Virus record (IMG/VR): IMGVR_UViG_3300046837_000353
Span: 1-64,000 of that record
Length of the DNA stretch: 64,000 bases
Origin: an uncultured virus (IMG/VR IMGVR_UViG_3300046837_000353)
Lineage: Duplodnaviria > Heunggongvirae > Uroviricota > Caudoviricetes
Strand: one strand, 5' to 3'
Both the position numbers and the translations under genes were made by a program. Below the pieces are notes generated by a model. The model was not told where the DNA came from. It saw only the letters and a program-made list of their open reading frames with translations, and did no database searches. How positions within the stretch are numbered: the first letter of the stretch is position 1; each line of letters begins with the position of its first letter. This document shows positions 36,496 to 46,737 of the stretch, piece by piece.

Positions 36496-37600
36496 CGCTA
36501 CTCAACAGCGTAACAAGGCAGCAAATTACGGTCATTTATCCATCCCGCGAGGATTTACGGTCTTCAAGGAAGAGCCCGGTTCCCGCATTTCTATTGATAT
36601 TATGTCTTATGTTGTCACAGACCCCAACCATCCAGATAAGGATGAGACAACGGGTAGTGCTGAAAAGGGTGGTCTTTGGTACCGTCGCCCTTACAAGTTG
36701 CATCGTAATGTTGGTGCTGATAAGTCATCGGTTGTCTGCCCCACAAGTATTGGGAAGAAGTGTCCGATTTGCGAGTATCGGTCAAAACTTCTTTCTGATG
36801 GTGTGGATTGGAAAGATGATGCAGTAAAGAACGCCCGTCCCAGTTCGCGGTCACTTTATTTGATTATTCCCAAGGATAACAAGAAGTTTGAAGAGAAACC
36901 GCATCTTTGGGATATATCGGACTTTCTGTTCCAGGCTAAGTTGAATAATGAGATTGAGGAAAACCCTGATGAGCTTGGGGATTTTCCGCATCCTGCTAAT
37001 GGGTTGACGTTAAAGATCCGATTCTCTGAAGAGAAGCTTGGTGGGAACACGTTTGCGGAAACCTCGCGCATTGATTTTGAACAGCGTGGGTATGCTTACG
37101 ATGATGCCACTATTGATGCACTGCCCTCACTTGACGAGGTCGTTACAATTAAGGATTACAAGGAAATCCAAAAGATGTTCCTTGAGGGTGGGGATGATGA
37201 TGAACCAGAGGAAGAGAAACCAGTTATTCAGGTTACTCGTATCTCTGCGCGAACCGCACCCGCGCGAACTACACCAATAAGAACTGTTGTTGTACCTATA
37301 GAGGAAGAGACCGAAGAGGAACCAGAGGAGGAGCCCGAAGAGCCCGAAGAGGAGACACGTACGCCTTCTGTTTACCGTAGGCCTACACCGGTAGCGAAAC
37401 CTGCAGAAAAGCCCGCAGCAAAGCCTCTAACACGTGGAGCGCCTCCGCCTGCTGCTCGTCCTGCTAAGGTAGCGGCCCCAGCTGAAGCTGGTACTTGTCC
37501 CCACGGATTTGTATTTGGTGAGGAATGCGATAAGCACGATCAGTGCGAAGATTGTCCAGTTTGGACTGATTGCTACAATGCGAGTGGAAAAGCAGCATAA
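36449..37600 (+). CDS. Single-stranded DNA-binding protein (gp32-like)
   Basis: H.VG..K..VVCP...GKKCPICE, acidic/Pro-rich tail, terminal Cys cluster; directly before RecA. Confidence 0.7.
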   Translation: MAKSRFTSFKDKIVFNATQQRNKAANYGHLSIPRGFTVFKEEPGSRISIDIMSYVVTDPNHPDKDETTGSAEKGGLWYRRPYKLHRNVGADKSSVVCPTSIGKKCPICEYRSKLLSDGVDWKDDAVKNARPSSRSLYLIIPKDNKKFEEKPHLWDISDFLFQAKLNNEIEENPDELGDFPHPANGLTLKIRFSEEKLGGNTFAETSRIDFEQRGYAYDDATIDALPSLDEVVTIKDYKEIQKMFLEGGDDDEPEEEKPVIQVTRISARTAPARTTPIRTVVVPIEEETEEEPEEEPEEPEEETRTPSVYRRPTPVAKPAEKPAAKPLTRGAPPPAARPAKVAAPAEAGTCPHGFVFGEECDKHDQCEDCPVWTDCYNASGKAA

Positions 37601-38640
37601 TGACAGCATCACCTGATCTTGCACAACAAGTAGAGGCTAGGTTAAAGAAGCCTCTTGTAAGGCGTTCCCCCTTAGCAGGTACTGAGCACGTTATCTCCAC
37701 AGGATCTACTTTGCTTGATATGGCAATCTCCGGTGGTCGCTTTAAAGAAGGCGGCCTACCGGGTGGGATCCTGGTTGAGATCTTTGGTCCTTCCAGTTGT
37801 GGCAAGACTGTGATGTTGTGTGAACTTGCGGGCGCTGTGCAACGCAAGGGTGGTAGGGTAATGTTTCGTGATCCGGAGGCTAGACTAAATGCGCAGTTCG
37901 CTAAGTTGTTTGGGTTTAAGGTTGAAGATTGCGACTACAAGCAACCTGATACGGTGCCTGAATTATTTGAGCCAGTCAGAAGTTGGAATCCTGAGTCCGA
38001 GAATGGCACGATTAATGGTGTCTTTGCGGACTCGCTTGCAGCGCTATCAACTAAGATGGAAATGGAGGATGCAGATAAATACGGGATGCGTAGAGCAAAA
38101 GAATTTAGTGAAGAATGCCGGAAAACGTGTCGAATCCTGACCCAGCGCAATCTATTGATGGTTTGTTCTAATCAGGTTAGGCAAAATATTGATACAAACC
38201 CCTTTGCCGAAAAGTATACCAGTCCCGGTGGCGTCTCCATTGGCTTTTATTCAAGTCTGAGGTTGCGTTGTCATACACCAAAAAAGATTGGGATTGAAAA
38301 AGATATTGGCAAGAGTAAGTTTAAGCGGGTTGTAGGTGTTGAAACTTCAGTTGAAGTGTATAAGAGCAGCCTGGATGTTCCATTCCGTACAGCACCATTG
38401 TATATCATGTACGACTTTGGCATAGACGACATCCGCGCTAATTTAATCTACAATAAGTCGATAGTGGGCTCCCAAACGTATAATATTGGTGAAAGAAGGT
38501 TGCATACTGGTCTTGATAAATCTATTAGAATAGTCGAAGAAGAGGGACTTGAACCAGAATTAAAGAAAGAGACTATTCAATTATGGCACGAAGTTGAAGA
38601 GAAGTTTAAGATAAATCGCAAACCAAAGAGGCGAGAGTGA
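37600..38640 (+). CDS. RecA/UvsX-like recombinase
   Basis: ISTGSTLLD, EIFGPSSCGKT, DSLAAL, NQVR, PGG..I.FYSSLR. Confidence 0.95.
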   Translation: MTASPDLAQQVEARLKKPLVRRSPLAGTEHVISTGSTLLDMAISGGRFKEGGLPGGILVEIFGPSSCGKTVMLCELAGAVQRKGGRVMFRDPEARLNAQFAKLFGFKVEDCDYKQPDTVPELFEPVRSWNPESENGTINGVFADSLAALSTKMEMEDADKYGMRRAKEFSEECRKTCRILTQRNLLMVCSNQVRQNIDTNPFAEKYTSPGGVSIGFYSSLRLRCHTPKKIGIEKDIGKSKFKRVVGVETSVEVYKSSLDVPFRTAPLYIMYDFGIDDIRANLIYNKSIVGSQTYNIGERRLHTGLDKSIRIVEEEGLEPELKKETIQLWHEVEEKFKINRKPKRRE

Positions 38641-38824
38641 GTGACCAAGGTAGAACAACCAGATATATTTACGCGGCAGGGTCCCTGGTTGAAGCTGACT
38701 TAGGGTCCAGATATAATTACTTGTATTTCTTTATTGGAGTTTTGATCGTGGCAGCAATAGGAGGTGGATTGTATGTAGGAACTTACGTAGTGTCTGCGTG
38801 TTTTTCGAAGTGAAGGAGGAATAG

Positions 38825-39256
38825 ATGGAGAAGCGTCGTCTAGATGATCTGTGGGCCTATGACAAGTTCAGTCGTGCAGTAAAGGAAGAGCACGGCCTTG
38901 ATCCTAGGAGCCACATTCGTTACCTTGAAGACCGTCGCGGTTGTTGCGTTGTTCTCGTCGTAAAGAAAAGCTCTTATAGCTGGGCTATCGACGAGGGCAA
39001 TTTCAATTGGCTAGTCAACCTGCAGCGTCGCAATCGTGTAGACCAGACTTATGTTGCTCTGGTTGAGGATTGGGATAATGGAGAGATCATCAACTATGAC
39101 ACTGCGTTGAATGTTGACAGTCGCCTTCGCAATGTCCCACCCAATAACGGTGATGACGGAGGCACTTATTGGTGGGTGGACGAGAATTTCACCCCCAGCG
39201 GTGGTACCGGTGGTGTGCTGAGTAGGGGTCGCACCCTCACGAAGTCGCCGTTCTAA
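38825..39256 (+). CDS. Hypothetical protein
   Basis: AAGGAGG RBS, 143 aa. Confidence 0.7.
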   Translation: MEKRRLDDLWAYDKFSRAVKEEHGLDPRSHIRYLEDRRGCCVVLVVKKSSYSWAIDEGNFNWLVNLQRRNRVDQTYVALVEDWDNGEIINYDTALNVDSRLRNVPPNNGDDGGTYWWVDENFTPSGGTGGVLSRGRTLTKSPF

Positions 39257-39775
39257 ATGAAGGCAGGTTCCGGTAAAGGTAAAGGGGCAGCTTTCGAGCG
39301 TGAAGTCTCTCGAAGGCTGTCCCTTTGGTTATCGGAGGGTAAGCGAGATGATCTCTTGTGGCGCAGTGCTATGAGTGGTGGTCTCGCTACCTTACAATAT
39401 AGAAAAGACAAGATAAATTTAACACAATCTGGAGATCTGAGTGCGGTAGGGGAAGGTGCGTACGAATTCTGTGAAAAGACCTTTGTTGAATGTAAGCACT
39501 ATCAGGATTTGCAGATAGGCCGTTCCATTGTAAATAAGACAGGTGGGTTGATTACCTTCTGGAAGATAGTGGTTAGGGAGGCTCGTAAGTATGATAAACG
39601 ACCTCTGTTGATTGCAAAGCAGAATAGGTATCCCACTATTGTAGTCACTGATACAAGGCATCCTCGTCTCTGGTTAAACCCTATTGTAACAGTGGACCAC
39701 TGGGAAGTGCCTGCCTTCGTATATAATTTTGACAGTGTTACAAGTGTACGTAGACCGCTTAGGAGAGGTAATTGA
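39257..39775 (+). CDS. Holliday junction resolvase (Hjc-like PD-(D/E)XK)
   Basis: GKGKGAAFEREV, GDL, VECK, PLLIAKQNR. Confidence 0.82.
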   Translation: MKAGSGKGKGAAFEREVSRRLSLWLSEGKRDDLLWRSAMSGGLATLQYRKDKINLTQSGDLSAVGEGAYEFCEKTFVECKHYQDLQIGRSIVNKTGGLITFWKIVVREARKYDKRPLLIAKQNRYPTIVVTDTRHPRLWLNPIVTVDHWEVPAFVYNFDSVTSVRRPLRRGN

Positions 39776-39776
39776 A

Positions 39777-39974
39777 ATGGATATTAACTTGAAGAATGCT
39801 TATACAAAACTTATCAATAAGCATTATTCAGCGGTTCAAACCGACACGCTTCTAGGTAATTGCGCAGATGATGATAAGTTTCTTAGACTTGAAAGAACTG
39901 CCAAACAATTCTGGGCAGACTATCACGAAGCTGAAAAAGAATTTCTCGCATTGTTGGAAGGAAAGGGTAATTGA
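39777..39974 (+). CDS. Hypothetical protein flanked by 15-bp direct repeats
   Basis: RBS and tight packing. Confidence 0.6.
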   Translation: MDINLKNAYTKLINKHYSAVQTDTLLGNCADDDKFLRLERTAKQFWADYHEAEKEFLALLEGKGN

Positions 39975-39975
39975 A

Positions 39976-40254
39976 ATGGACGACGAAAAGAAAGTAATGA
40001 TTCCAGTCATTCAATTTGGTGGGATGCGCCCGCCGCGTATCCGTGGCCCCGGTGAGGAGCTAAGCCGCCGCATGGGTGAAGGCTTTTCAGAGGCAATGGG
40101 TGATGAGGCGATTCGGGCTGACTTGGTGCTGGAAGTATTGGCCGTTTGGGTCACCGCACTGATTAAGGTACATCCGTCATGCCAGGAATATCTGGAAGGG
40201 TTCTTTATGGAGACGCTGGCGAATAGTTTATCCGAAGGTAATTCTATTCAATAG
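39976..40254 (+). CDS. Hypothetical protein
   Basis: Operon ORF. Confidence 0.6.
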   Translation: MDDEKKVMIPVIQFGGMRPPRIRGPGEELSRRMGEGFSEAMGDEAIRADLVLEVLAVWVTALIKVHPSCQEYLEGFFMETLANSLSEGNSIQ

Positions 40255-40263
40255 AGTAGGTGG

Positions 40264-40500
40264 ATGATGACTGATCTAAGTGGATTCACGTTATTTAAGA
40301 CAGGTGGGCGTTGGCAATTGTCAACTCGGCAGGAAGGACGTGATGGTTGGGATGTCCGATTCATAGGTAATGAGCTTGCACAGGATATTTTTGAGAAGAT
40401 CGCTACTGGTGTAGAACTTCCACCGGTTGTACATAGGAAAGTATTAGCATTATCACCGGATCCTATTGTAGCTAAGCCTAAGTTTGTTCGGGGAAACTAA
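40264..40500 (+). CDS. Hypothetical protein
   Basis: Operon ORF. Confidence 0.6.
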   Translation: MMTDLSGFTLFKTGGRWQLSTRQEGRDGWDVRFIGNELAQDIFEKIATGVELPPVVHRKVLALSPDPIVAKPKFVRGN

Positions 40501-41471
40501 TGTACCTGCTCTTTACCGACACCCATTGGGATGACAATCCTGTTAATGAATACCGGTGGCAGATCTTTGATAAAATCGAAGAGATTAAGACTCAATACCC
40601 GATTACCCACACGTTTAATCTCGGCGATGCGGTTGATCGTAAGGATAGGTTTACTGGTGCTTTTGTCAATCGTCTGTTTGAGCATCTTAAACAAGTGGCA
40701 CCCATAACAATACTTCGTGGTAATCATGATACCACGCTTCGTCCTCCTAATTATTTTGATTTTATGTCTGAGGAGTTTCTCAGATCCAAGATCAACTATG
40801 TGGCAAAACCAGTCCCGTTCAATGATGGATTACTATTGTTACCATTCTCTGCAAAGCCAAAAGAAGATTGGAAGGGACTCAATTTTAGGGACTACAAAGC
40901 TGTATTTATGCACGCTACAGTCACCGGTGCTATCATTGAAAACGGGCAAGTAATGGAGAACCGAGGGTTCCCAATGATACCCGGTGATGTAAAGTTTTAT
41001 AGTGGTGACGTCCATGTACCACAAGACGTTCGCAATATTACTTATGTTGGTTGTCCTTACCCTATTAAGTTTGGTGATAGGTTTCCCTGCCGTATATTAC
41101 TTCTTGATGAAGATACTTTTCTCATAATGGAAGAGATCAAACTAACCCCTCCACGTAAGCTCATGGTTGATATTAGGGATATTGAAGGGTTAGAAAAGAT
41201 AAGAGTAAGGCAAGGTGATCAAGTAAAGATACGATTTTCCTGCAATCCTGCTGATATAGATTCCTTTGGACAGACCGAAGCTGCAATCTTGCGGTGGGCA
41301 AAAGAGCGTGGGGTAACGATCGCCGGTACAGAAGTGATCGTAAGCTCCACGTATAATAGGGATGTAGACACCAATCAGACACCTGAAATGATACTTAGGC
41401 GGTTTGCCGAACATGAAGGATTGACTGATGATATGCTTGGGGTTGGATTGATTATGTTGAAGGAGATGTAG
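40500..41471 (+). CDS. SbcD/Mre11-like metallophosphoesterase nuclease
   Basis: DTHW, LGD, GNHD, MH, SGDVH, YVG.P..FGD. Confidence 0.9.
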   Translation: MYLLFTDTHWDDNPVNEYRWQIFDKIEEIKTQYPITHTFNLGDAVDRKDRFTGAFVNRLFEHLKQVAPITILRGNHDTTLRPPNYFDFMSEEFLRSKINYVAKPVPFNDGLLLLPFSAKPKEDWKGLNFRDYKAVFMHATVTGAIIENGQVMENRGFPMIPGDVKFYSGDVHVPQDVRNITYVGCPYPIKFGDRFPCRILLLDEDTFLIMEEIKLTPPRKLMVDIRDIEGLEKIRVRQGDQVKIRFSCNPADIDSFGQTEAAILRWAKERGVTIAGTEVIVSSTYNRDVDTNQTPEMILRRFAEHEGLTDDMLGVGLIMLKEM

Positions 41472-41705
41472 ATGTTAAAGGGGATCGCTGAAGAAAAGGA
41501 CGGTCGCAAAGTTGTACTGATTGGCCTGTCACGTAAAAATCTAGAAATACTTATGGCTGAAATGTTAGATACTCACATCAGGGTATCTGGCAAGGAAATG
41601 GGCATCCCCATGGATATACTCATTTTCTCTGGTGAGACCGAAGAAGTAATGTCGCTTATGATGACTCAGAAAAATACCAAGATGTATCTACATTCGGATG
41701 AGTAA
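41472..41705 (+). CDS. Hypothetical protein
   Basis: AAGGAG RBS; LIGLSRKN...IFSGETE. Confidence 0.65.
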   Translation: MLKGIAEEKDGRKVVLIGLSRKNLEILMAEMLDTHIRVSGKEMGIPMDILIFSGETEEVMSLMMTQKNTKMYLHSDE

Positions 41706-41937
41706 GCAACGATGGGGAAATTACGGTATTAGATGGGAAAAGGGCTTCTGGGTAGTTCATATCATCTGGATGTATTATGGTGGTGATCGTCATTGGTGTT
41801 CCAGTAGTCGTATGTTAAAGCGCAGATCCAAATCATTGCCTCGATTGTTAGAGAAGATGTCTAATGCTGAAGCGGTGATGCTGTTTCCTACTGCGGAGAA
41901 ATGTAATGTCATCGTTCAAACCGACTCTTTGCATTGA
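41698..41937 (+). CDS. Hypothetical protein
   Basis: Overlapping ORF; weak support. Confidence 0.4.
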   Translation: MSKQRWGNYGIRWEKGFWVVHIIWMYYGGDRHWCSSSRMLKRRSKSLPRLLEKMSNAEAVMLFPTAEKCNVIVQTDSLH

Positions 41938-42301
41938 TTTTGATGGTGTGATCCATCATTACTCTAGAGGTTGGCAGGATGGGGCTATCTATGATGATGC
42001 TGTCCCTGGATTCTTTGAATGGTTAAAAATAACGCAGAAGCACTTTCGGATCGTTATCTATTCTTCTCGATCGGATACACCTGAAGGTATTGAATTAATG
42101 AAAGATTGGCTAACTAAACAATACGCTGTATGGCTTCGTGGAACCGGGAATGTAGGGGTCATTGAGGAGATTGAGTTTTCTAATGTTAAGCCACCCGCTT
42201 GGTTGACTATTGATGATCGAGCAATTCACTTTAAGGGTGATTGGTCTGCACCGGAACTTAGTGTTGATGCTATGCTTAACTTTAAACCATGGAATGGCTA
42301 G
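41906..42301 (+). CDS. HAD-superfamily phosphatase-like protein
   Basis: CIDFDGVIH, IYSSR, KPPA...IDDRA. Confidence 0.8.
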   Translation: MSSFKPTLCIDFDGVIHHYSRGWQDGAIYDDAVPGFFEWLKITQKHFRIVIYSSRSDTPEGIELMKDWLTKQYAVWLRGTGNVGVIEEIEFSNVKPPAWLTIDDRAIHFKGDWSAPELSVDAMLNFKPWNG

Positions 42302-44086
42302 ATGAAACGGGTCGATTTAATACGAGTTGACCTGTCAAACTTTCGTTCCTTTGTGCGGGCTACTAGTATTGAGTTTAGTCCTAGTGCTGGGCTGAAGCTT
42401 ATTAGTGGCAGCAATGAAATGGAACCTGCACTGGGGGCAAATGGTGCGGGCAAGTCTACTGTATGGGATGCGGTATGTTGGTGTGTATCTGATAGATCGA
42501 TCAAGGGGCTTAGGACATCTGAGTTAGTTAGTTATGGTAAGGATAAGACTCAAGTAACAACGTATTGGGATATTGAAGGTATAATAGTTAGAGTGGACCG
42601 CACGGGTCCACCCAGTCATGTCTTTATTGATGGTGATCCAGCCACCACAGAAGATGTTGAGCGTCTATTAGGATTGTCTCGGTCTAGATTTCTCAACTCA
42701 GTGATCTTTGGGCAAGCTGTACCCCTGTTTATAGACCTACCCGTACCGGCACGTGGAGACCTGCTGGACGAGGTCTTAGATCTCGAGCTATGGATGCAGG
42801 CCGCAGATAAAGCTAGTGTACAGCACCGGAGCAAGGCTGCAGAGCTGGTGGAACTACAGAATACCATTGCAAGGGTCACTGGCCGCATAGAAGGTCTCCC
42901 AGATGTCGATAGACTAGCTGAAATGGAGGGTAACTGGGAGGATGAAAGAAAGGCTAGAGTACGTCAGTTAAAGACCAGGCTTAAGATTGTACAGGGTGAA
43001 TTGAGAACATTAGGCATTCCAACTGAGGATGTAGTTGTAGATGTTGCAGCTCGAAAGAAGGAGTACGAAGCTCAGCGGTATAGGCTGCACGCATACGAAA
43101 GGGAAAGTGGAAAGCTTAGGGCAAAGTGGGATAGGTTTGTTGAGGAGATGACATTTATTGAAGAGAATAGTGCATGTCCCGTCTGCGGGCAGGATATTGG
43201 GAAGGAGTACGCTGAAATCCATGGTCAACACCTGAAGGAAGGGTGCGAGAAGGCATTTGAAGAGCTTGAGGCCCAGAAATCGCTGATAGAACGTGCTGCA
43301 AATCGACTAAAAGCCTTAGAATCGGCTTGGACGGCCGCCATGCAAGCAGAATCTGCAGCCAAGCAAGCATTTGCAGTGATAAAGGCTAACGTGGTAGCAA
43401 AAACCAGGGAGGTAAAAGGCCTTCAGGAACAGGTAGACCAAGCTAATGCTGAAGTAAATCCCTATACAGAACAGAAGATCAAGGCTTTACATGATAAGGA
43501 TCTTCTTGAAGCTGAATTACTATTTAAGCGAGATGAGGAAAAAGCACAGGTATCCCATCTTGCAAAACTTAACTATTGGCGGCAGGGGTTTAGAAAGGTT
43601 CGCTTGTTCTGTCTTGAAAACGTATTACAAGAGTTAACAGTAGAAACAAGGAATTCTCTGTTAGCATTGGGATTGATTGGTTGGAAGATTGCCTTTAAAA
43701 CAGCAACAGAGACCAAGTCTGGATCAGTAAAGTTAGGTGTGCAGGTGGATGTTCACCCACCAAATGCTACACATGGTAGGTTTAGTAAGTTTGATGTCTT
43801 AAGTGGTGGTGAAGGGCAGCGGGCAAGACTGGCGGGTAGTTTGGGTCTTGCCAGTCTGGTGCAAAGATGGGCAGGAGTCCACTATAACTTTGAAGTGTGG
43901 GATGAACCGACCGCGTGGTTGTCCTCTGAGGGTGTTGAGAATTTGTTGGATTGTTTGTCTTACAGGGCAGATTCACAACAAAAGAGTGTTTGGTTGTGTG
44001 ATCATAGAGCATTGATGCATAGTTCCTTTGCAGAGACTTATTCAGTCGTAAAAAATAATTTAGGAAGCCACTGGGAAAGGGTTTAG
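42302..44086 (+). CDS. SbcC/Rad50-like ATPase
   Basis: NFRSF, GANGAGKST, CPVCGQ zinc hook, LSGGEGQR, WDEP. Confidence 0.93.
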   Translation: MKRVDLIRVDLSNFRSFVRATSIEFSPSAGLKLISGSNEMEPALGANGAGKSTVWDAVCWCVSDRSIKGLRTSELVSYGKDKTQVTTYWDIEGIIVRVDRTGPPSHVFIDGDPATTEDVERLLGLSRSRFLNSVIFGQAVPLFIDLPVPARGDLLDEVLDLELWMQAADKASVQHRSKAAELVELQNTIARVTGRIEGLPDVDRLAEMEGNWEDERKARVRQLKTRLKIVQGELRTLGIPTEDVVVDVAARKKEYEAQRYRLHAYERESGKLRAKWDRFVEEMTFIEENSACPVCGQDIGKEYAEIHGQHLKEGCEKAFEELEAQKSLIERAANRLKALESAWTAAMQAESAAKQAFAVIKANVVAKTREVKGLQEQVDQANAEVNPYTEQKIKALHDKDLLEAELLFKRDEEKAQVSHLAKLNYWRQGFRKVRLFCLENVLQELTVETRNSLLALGLIGWKIAFKTATETKSGSVKLGVQVDVHPPNATHGRFSKFDVLSGGEGQRARLAGSLGLASLVQRWAGVHYNFEVWDEPTAWLSSEGVENLLDCLSYRADSQQKSVWLCDHRALMHSSFAETYSVVKNNLGSHWERV

Positions 44087-44112
44087 TTATCGTATAAAAT
44101 AAGTATTCAGCT

Positions 44113-44400
44113 GTGGGGATAGCTATGGTATGGATCCCTCCTCAAGATATTAACCTCTCTCCACCTCCTGAAGATGGTGAAGAATTAAAGAAGACATTGA
44201 TGCGTCGTCGGGAGATACGTGGCACAGGTGTATGTGCCATGTGTGAGAATTCGGTATTTGGTCGTGATTTAACACTTGATAATGATGATGGTATTTGTGA
44301 GCTCGGGGATTTTGAAGGGGGAGATATTTTGTGTTTTTGGTGCTTTGAGGATTACGTATTTGGTGACCCTAATGACTTTACACCTGGAGGACATGCGTGA
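44113..44400 (+). CDS. Hypothetical Cys-containing protein
   Basis: CAMC...CFWC. Confidence 0.5.
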   Translation: MGIAMVWIPPQDINLSPPPEDGEELKKTLMRRREIRGTGVCAMCENSVFGRDLTLDNDDGICELGDFEGGDILCFWCFEDYVFGDPNDFTPGGHA

Positions 44401-44852
44401 TGTATCAGGTAGTCAAGCGCTACGGTCATGAAGAAGGTTGGTCTTGTACATTCCGGCAACATCGAGCAACTCACTCTCATTGCCGGTTTATACATGGTTA
44501 CCCACTAGCATTTGAAATCACTTTTGAATGCGAATTTCTTGATGCTCGTAACTGGTGTATAGACTTTGGTGGACTGAAGCCACTAAAGGCTTGGCTCCAG
44601 TCAATGTTTGATCACAAGATGCTTGTTGCGGAAGATGATCCGCAGATTGAGTTCTTTAAGCTAATCGCAGACGGTGGTAATGCCATTGCCGACATTGTTA
44701 TTGTACCCGATGTTGGATGTGAAAAGTTTGCTGAAATGGCCTATTATGAAGCGGATCGAATACTTGGGGAGATTGGAGAGAAGCCTAGGGTTAAATTGAG
44801 GTCTGTGCGAGTGTCTGAGCATGGAGGCAATAGTGCCATCTTCTCAGGATGA
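44397..44852 (+). CDS. queD: 6-carboxy-5,6,7,8-tetrahydropterin synthase
   Basis: HCRFIHGY, DFGGLK, FDHKML, GCEKFA, VSEHGGNSA. Confidence 0.92.
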   Translation: MMYQVVKRYGHEEGWSCTFRQHRATHSHCRFIHGYPLAFEITFECEFLDARNWCIDFGGLKPLKAWLQSMFDHKMLVAEDDPQIEFFKLIADGGNAIADIVIVPDVGCEKFAEMAYYEADRILGEIGEKPRVKLRSVRVSEHGGNSAIFSG

Positions 44853-45093
44853 TTTTTTTGAGTTTCGGCCGAGAGGTGTCTTAGCTCATCGAGGTGATCG
44901 ATTGGAGCAGCTTCGCGAATTACGGCAAGCTGGTGCACCTCGTTTTATGGTGCGACATAATCAATTAAGTCTGTGGGCATACAGACAAGCGTTAAAGAAC
45001 CCTGCATACTTTTGCAAGGATGTAACCATTCCTGGTCTGCAAGAGAATTTCGTTAAGTTTGTTATGATACACTATACAGCGGGACGAACATAA
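44821..45093 (+). CDS. Hypothetical protein
   Basis: Fills the gap between queD and queE. Confidence 0.45.
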   Translation: MEAIVPSSQDDFFEFRPRGVLAHRGDRLEQLRELRQAGAPRFMVRHNQLSLWAYRQALKNPAYFCKDVTIPGLQENFVKFVMIHYTAGRT

Positions 45094-45797
45094 TGCCCGA
45101 TACGATCCTCATAGCGGAATTGTTTGGTCCTGTTCTGCAAGGGGAGGGTGCACTAGCGGGAAAGGCTAGTCACTTTATTCGCACTAGTGGTTGCAGTTAC
45201 CGTTGCACTTGGTGTGACTCTATGCACGCTGTTGACCCAGATCAGATTCAAGCAAATTCTAGAAAGATGCCTATTGAAGATATTCTTAGAGAGGTAGAGG
45301 AACTACCAAAGGTTCCCTGGGTTACATTATCTGGTGGTGATCCGGTTGCTTGGGATTTGACTCATTTATGTCTTGAATTAAAGATGATGGGTTACAAGGT
45401 TGCTGTTGAAACGCAAGGTGCATTGTGGAATGACTGGCTTGAATTTTCTACCTTTGTAACCTGTTCCCCCAAACCACCCAGTAGTGGGATGGTGGATAGG
45501 CTGGACATTGCAATCTTACAAAAGTATTCAGTTAGGTTTCATGACAATATGGTGTTCAAGATAGTTGCTTTTGATGATGAAGATCTTGACTTTGTTCAAC
45601 GTATACATCGCGCCTTCCCAATGATTCCGATGTACATCACGGCTGGTACTCCGGCAGGTGAAGTGTTTGTCCGCAGGAACATTATCGAAGGGTTCCGCAA
45701 GATATCTGAATCTGTATTAAAACGTCCTCAGTTATTTGATGTGACGGTGGGTATACAACAACATGCCCTAATGTATGGGCGGGAGTTGGGGAGATAG
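45093..45797 (+). CDS. queE: 7-carboxy-7-deazaguanine synthase (radical SAM)
   Basis: ELFGPVLQGEG, FIRTSGCSYRCTWCDS, SGGDP, VETQG, SPKPPSSG. Confidence 0.95.
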   Translation: MPDTILIAELFGPVLQGEGALAGKASHFIRTSGCSYRCTWCDSMHAVDPDQIQANSRKMPIEDILREVEELPKVPWVTLSGGDPVAWDLTHLCLELKMMGYKVAVETQGALWNDWLEFSTFVTCSPKPPSSGMVDRLDIAILQKYSVRFHDNMVFKIVAFDDEDLDFVQRIHRAFPMIPMYITAGTPAGEVFVRRNIIEGFRKISESVLKRPQLFDVTVGIQQHALMYGRELGR

Positions 45798-45936
45798 ATG
45801 GAAGAGATTCGCTTTACCGAGTGTCCGGAATGCGGTAAAGAGGTAAAGTATCTGTGGGATGGAGGAGTCATCCCAACGGAACAATACGTTTTGATTGTCG
45901 ATTCGATATATCATACCAAGTGCTGGGAGAAGTTAG

Positions 45937-46356
45937 TTGACGAGCACCCGACAGAAGGTTAATCTATTCTGGTCTGATATTGATCACGCGAGTAATCGTT
46001 TGATTAAGAAGATGCGAGAGGATTCAATTGTAAAGCCTACAAGTATAATCATGCCGGTATATCGTGGTGGATTAGTTCCTGGTTCAATGCTTGCCTATGA
46101 GTTTGATATTAAGGAGTTGATATGTATTGATCCAAAGATTAGTTATGTTATGTCTCATTACTCTGATTTGATAGTTGTTGATGACGTTTATGACACGGGT
46201 TCGACTTTTGCAAAATTGCAAAACTTCTACCCACACGCTACTTACGTCGCATTGTTCTCCAAGATTCCTTACGGTTGTCATTACTATGGTAAGCTGGTGG
46301 ATCCAGATGATTGGTTGGTGTTCCCTTGGGCAAAGAATGATGAAGTAAACAGATGA
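45937..46356 (+). CDS. Type I phosphoribosyltransferase (Gpt-like)
   Basis: RGGLVPG, VVDDVYDTGST, WLVFPW. Confidence 0.85.
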   Translation: MTSTRQKVNLFWSDIDHASNRLIKKMREDSIVKPTSIIMPVYRGGLVPGSMLAYEFDIKELICIDPKISYVMSHYSDLIVVDDVYDTGSTFAKLQNFYPHATYVALFSKIPYGCHYYGKLVDPDDWLVFPWAKNDEVNR

Positions 46357-46556
46357 ACCGTTACGAAGACCCAAAAGATCCATTCAATAGTGACTTCTAT
46401 TGGACGGGTAAAGCATGTATTGAAAAGGGTTGTGAAAAGCCTGCTGGAACGTATTGGTCTCGGCTTTGGTGCTTTGATCACAATGTTAAAAGAATGCGTC
46501 GGATAGATAAGTCTCTTGAACCATTTCGGCATGTGTTAGATGAGAAATCCTCCTAA
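46353..46556 (+). CDS. Hypothetical protein
   Basis: C..KGC.KPAGT.W...WCF.H. Confidence 0.6.
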   Translation: MNRYEDPKDPFNSDFYWTGKACIEKGCEKPAGTYWSRLWCFDHNVKRMRRIDKSLEPFRHVLDEKSS

Positions 46557-46737
46557 ACCCATCCGGGTGTTCTTTAGTCCATTGTCTCGTCGCTTTTACG
46601 CGACTCGAGCATACCGTGAAGAAGAAAATGGTCTAATCATTGTCACCGGGGAGAAGTTTGATGTAACTAATGACATCGCTGGGTTGATTGAACAGCATAA
46701 CGTCACATTCAAGATACGAGAAGAGGTGGAGGAATAG
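46540..46737 (+). CDS. Conserved small phage protein
   Basis: SPLSRRFYA...TGEKFDVTND. Confidence 0.65.
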   Translation: MRNPPKPIRVFFSPLSRRFYATRAYREEENGLIIVTGEKFDVTNDIAGLIEQHNVTFKIREEVEE

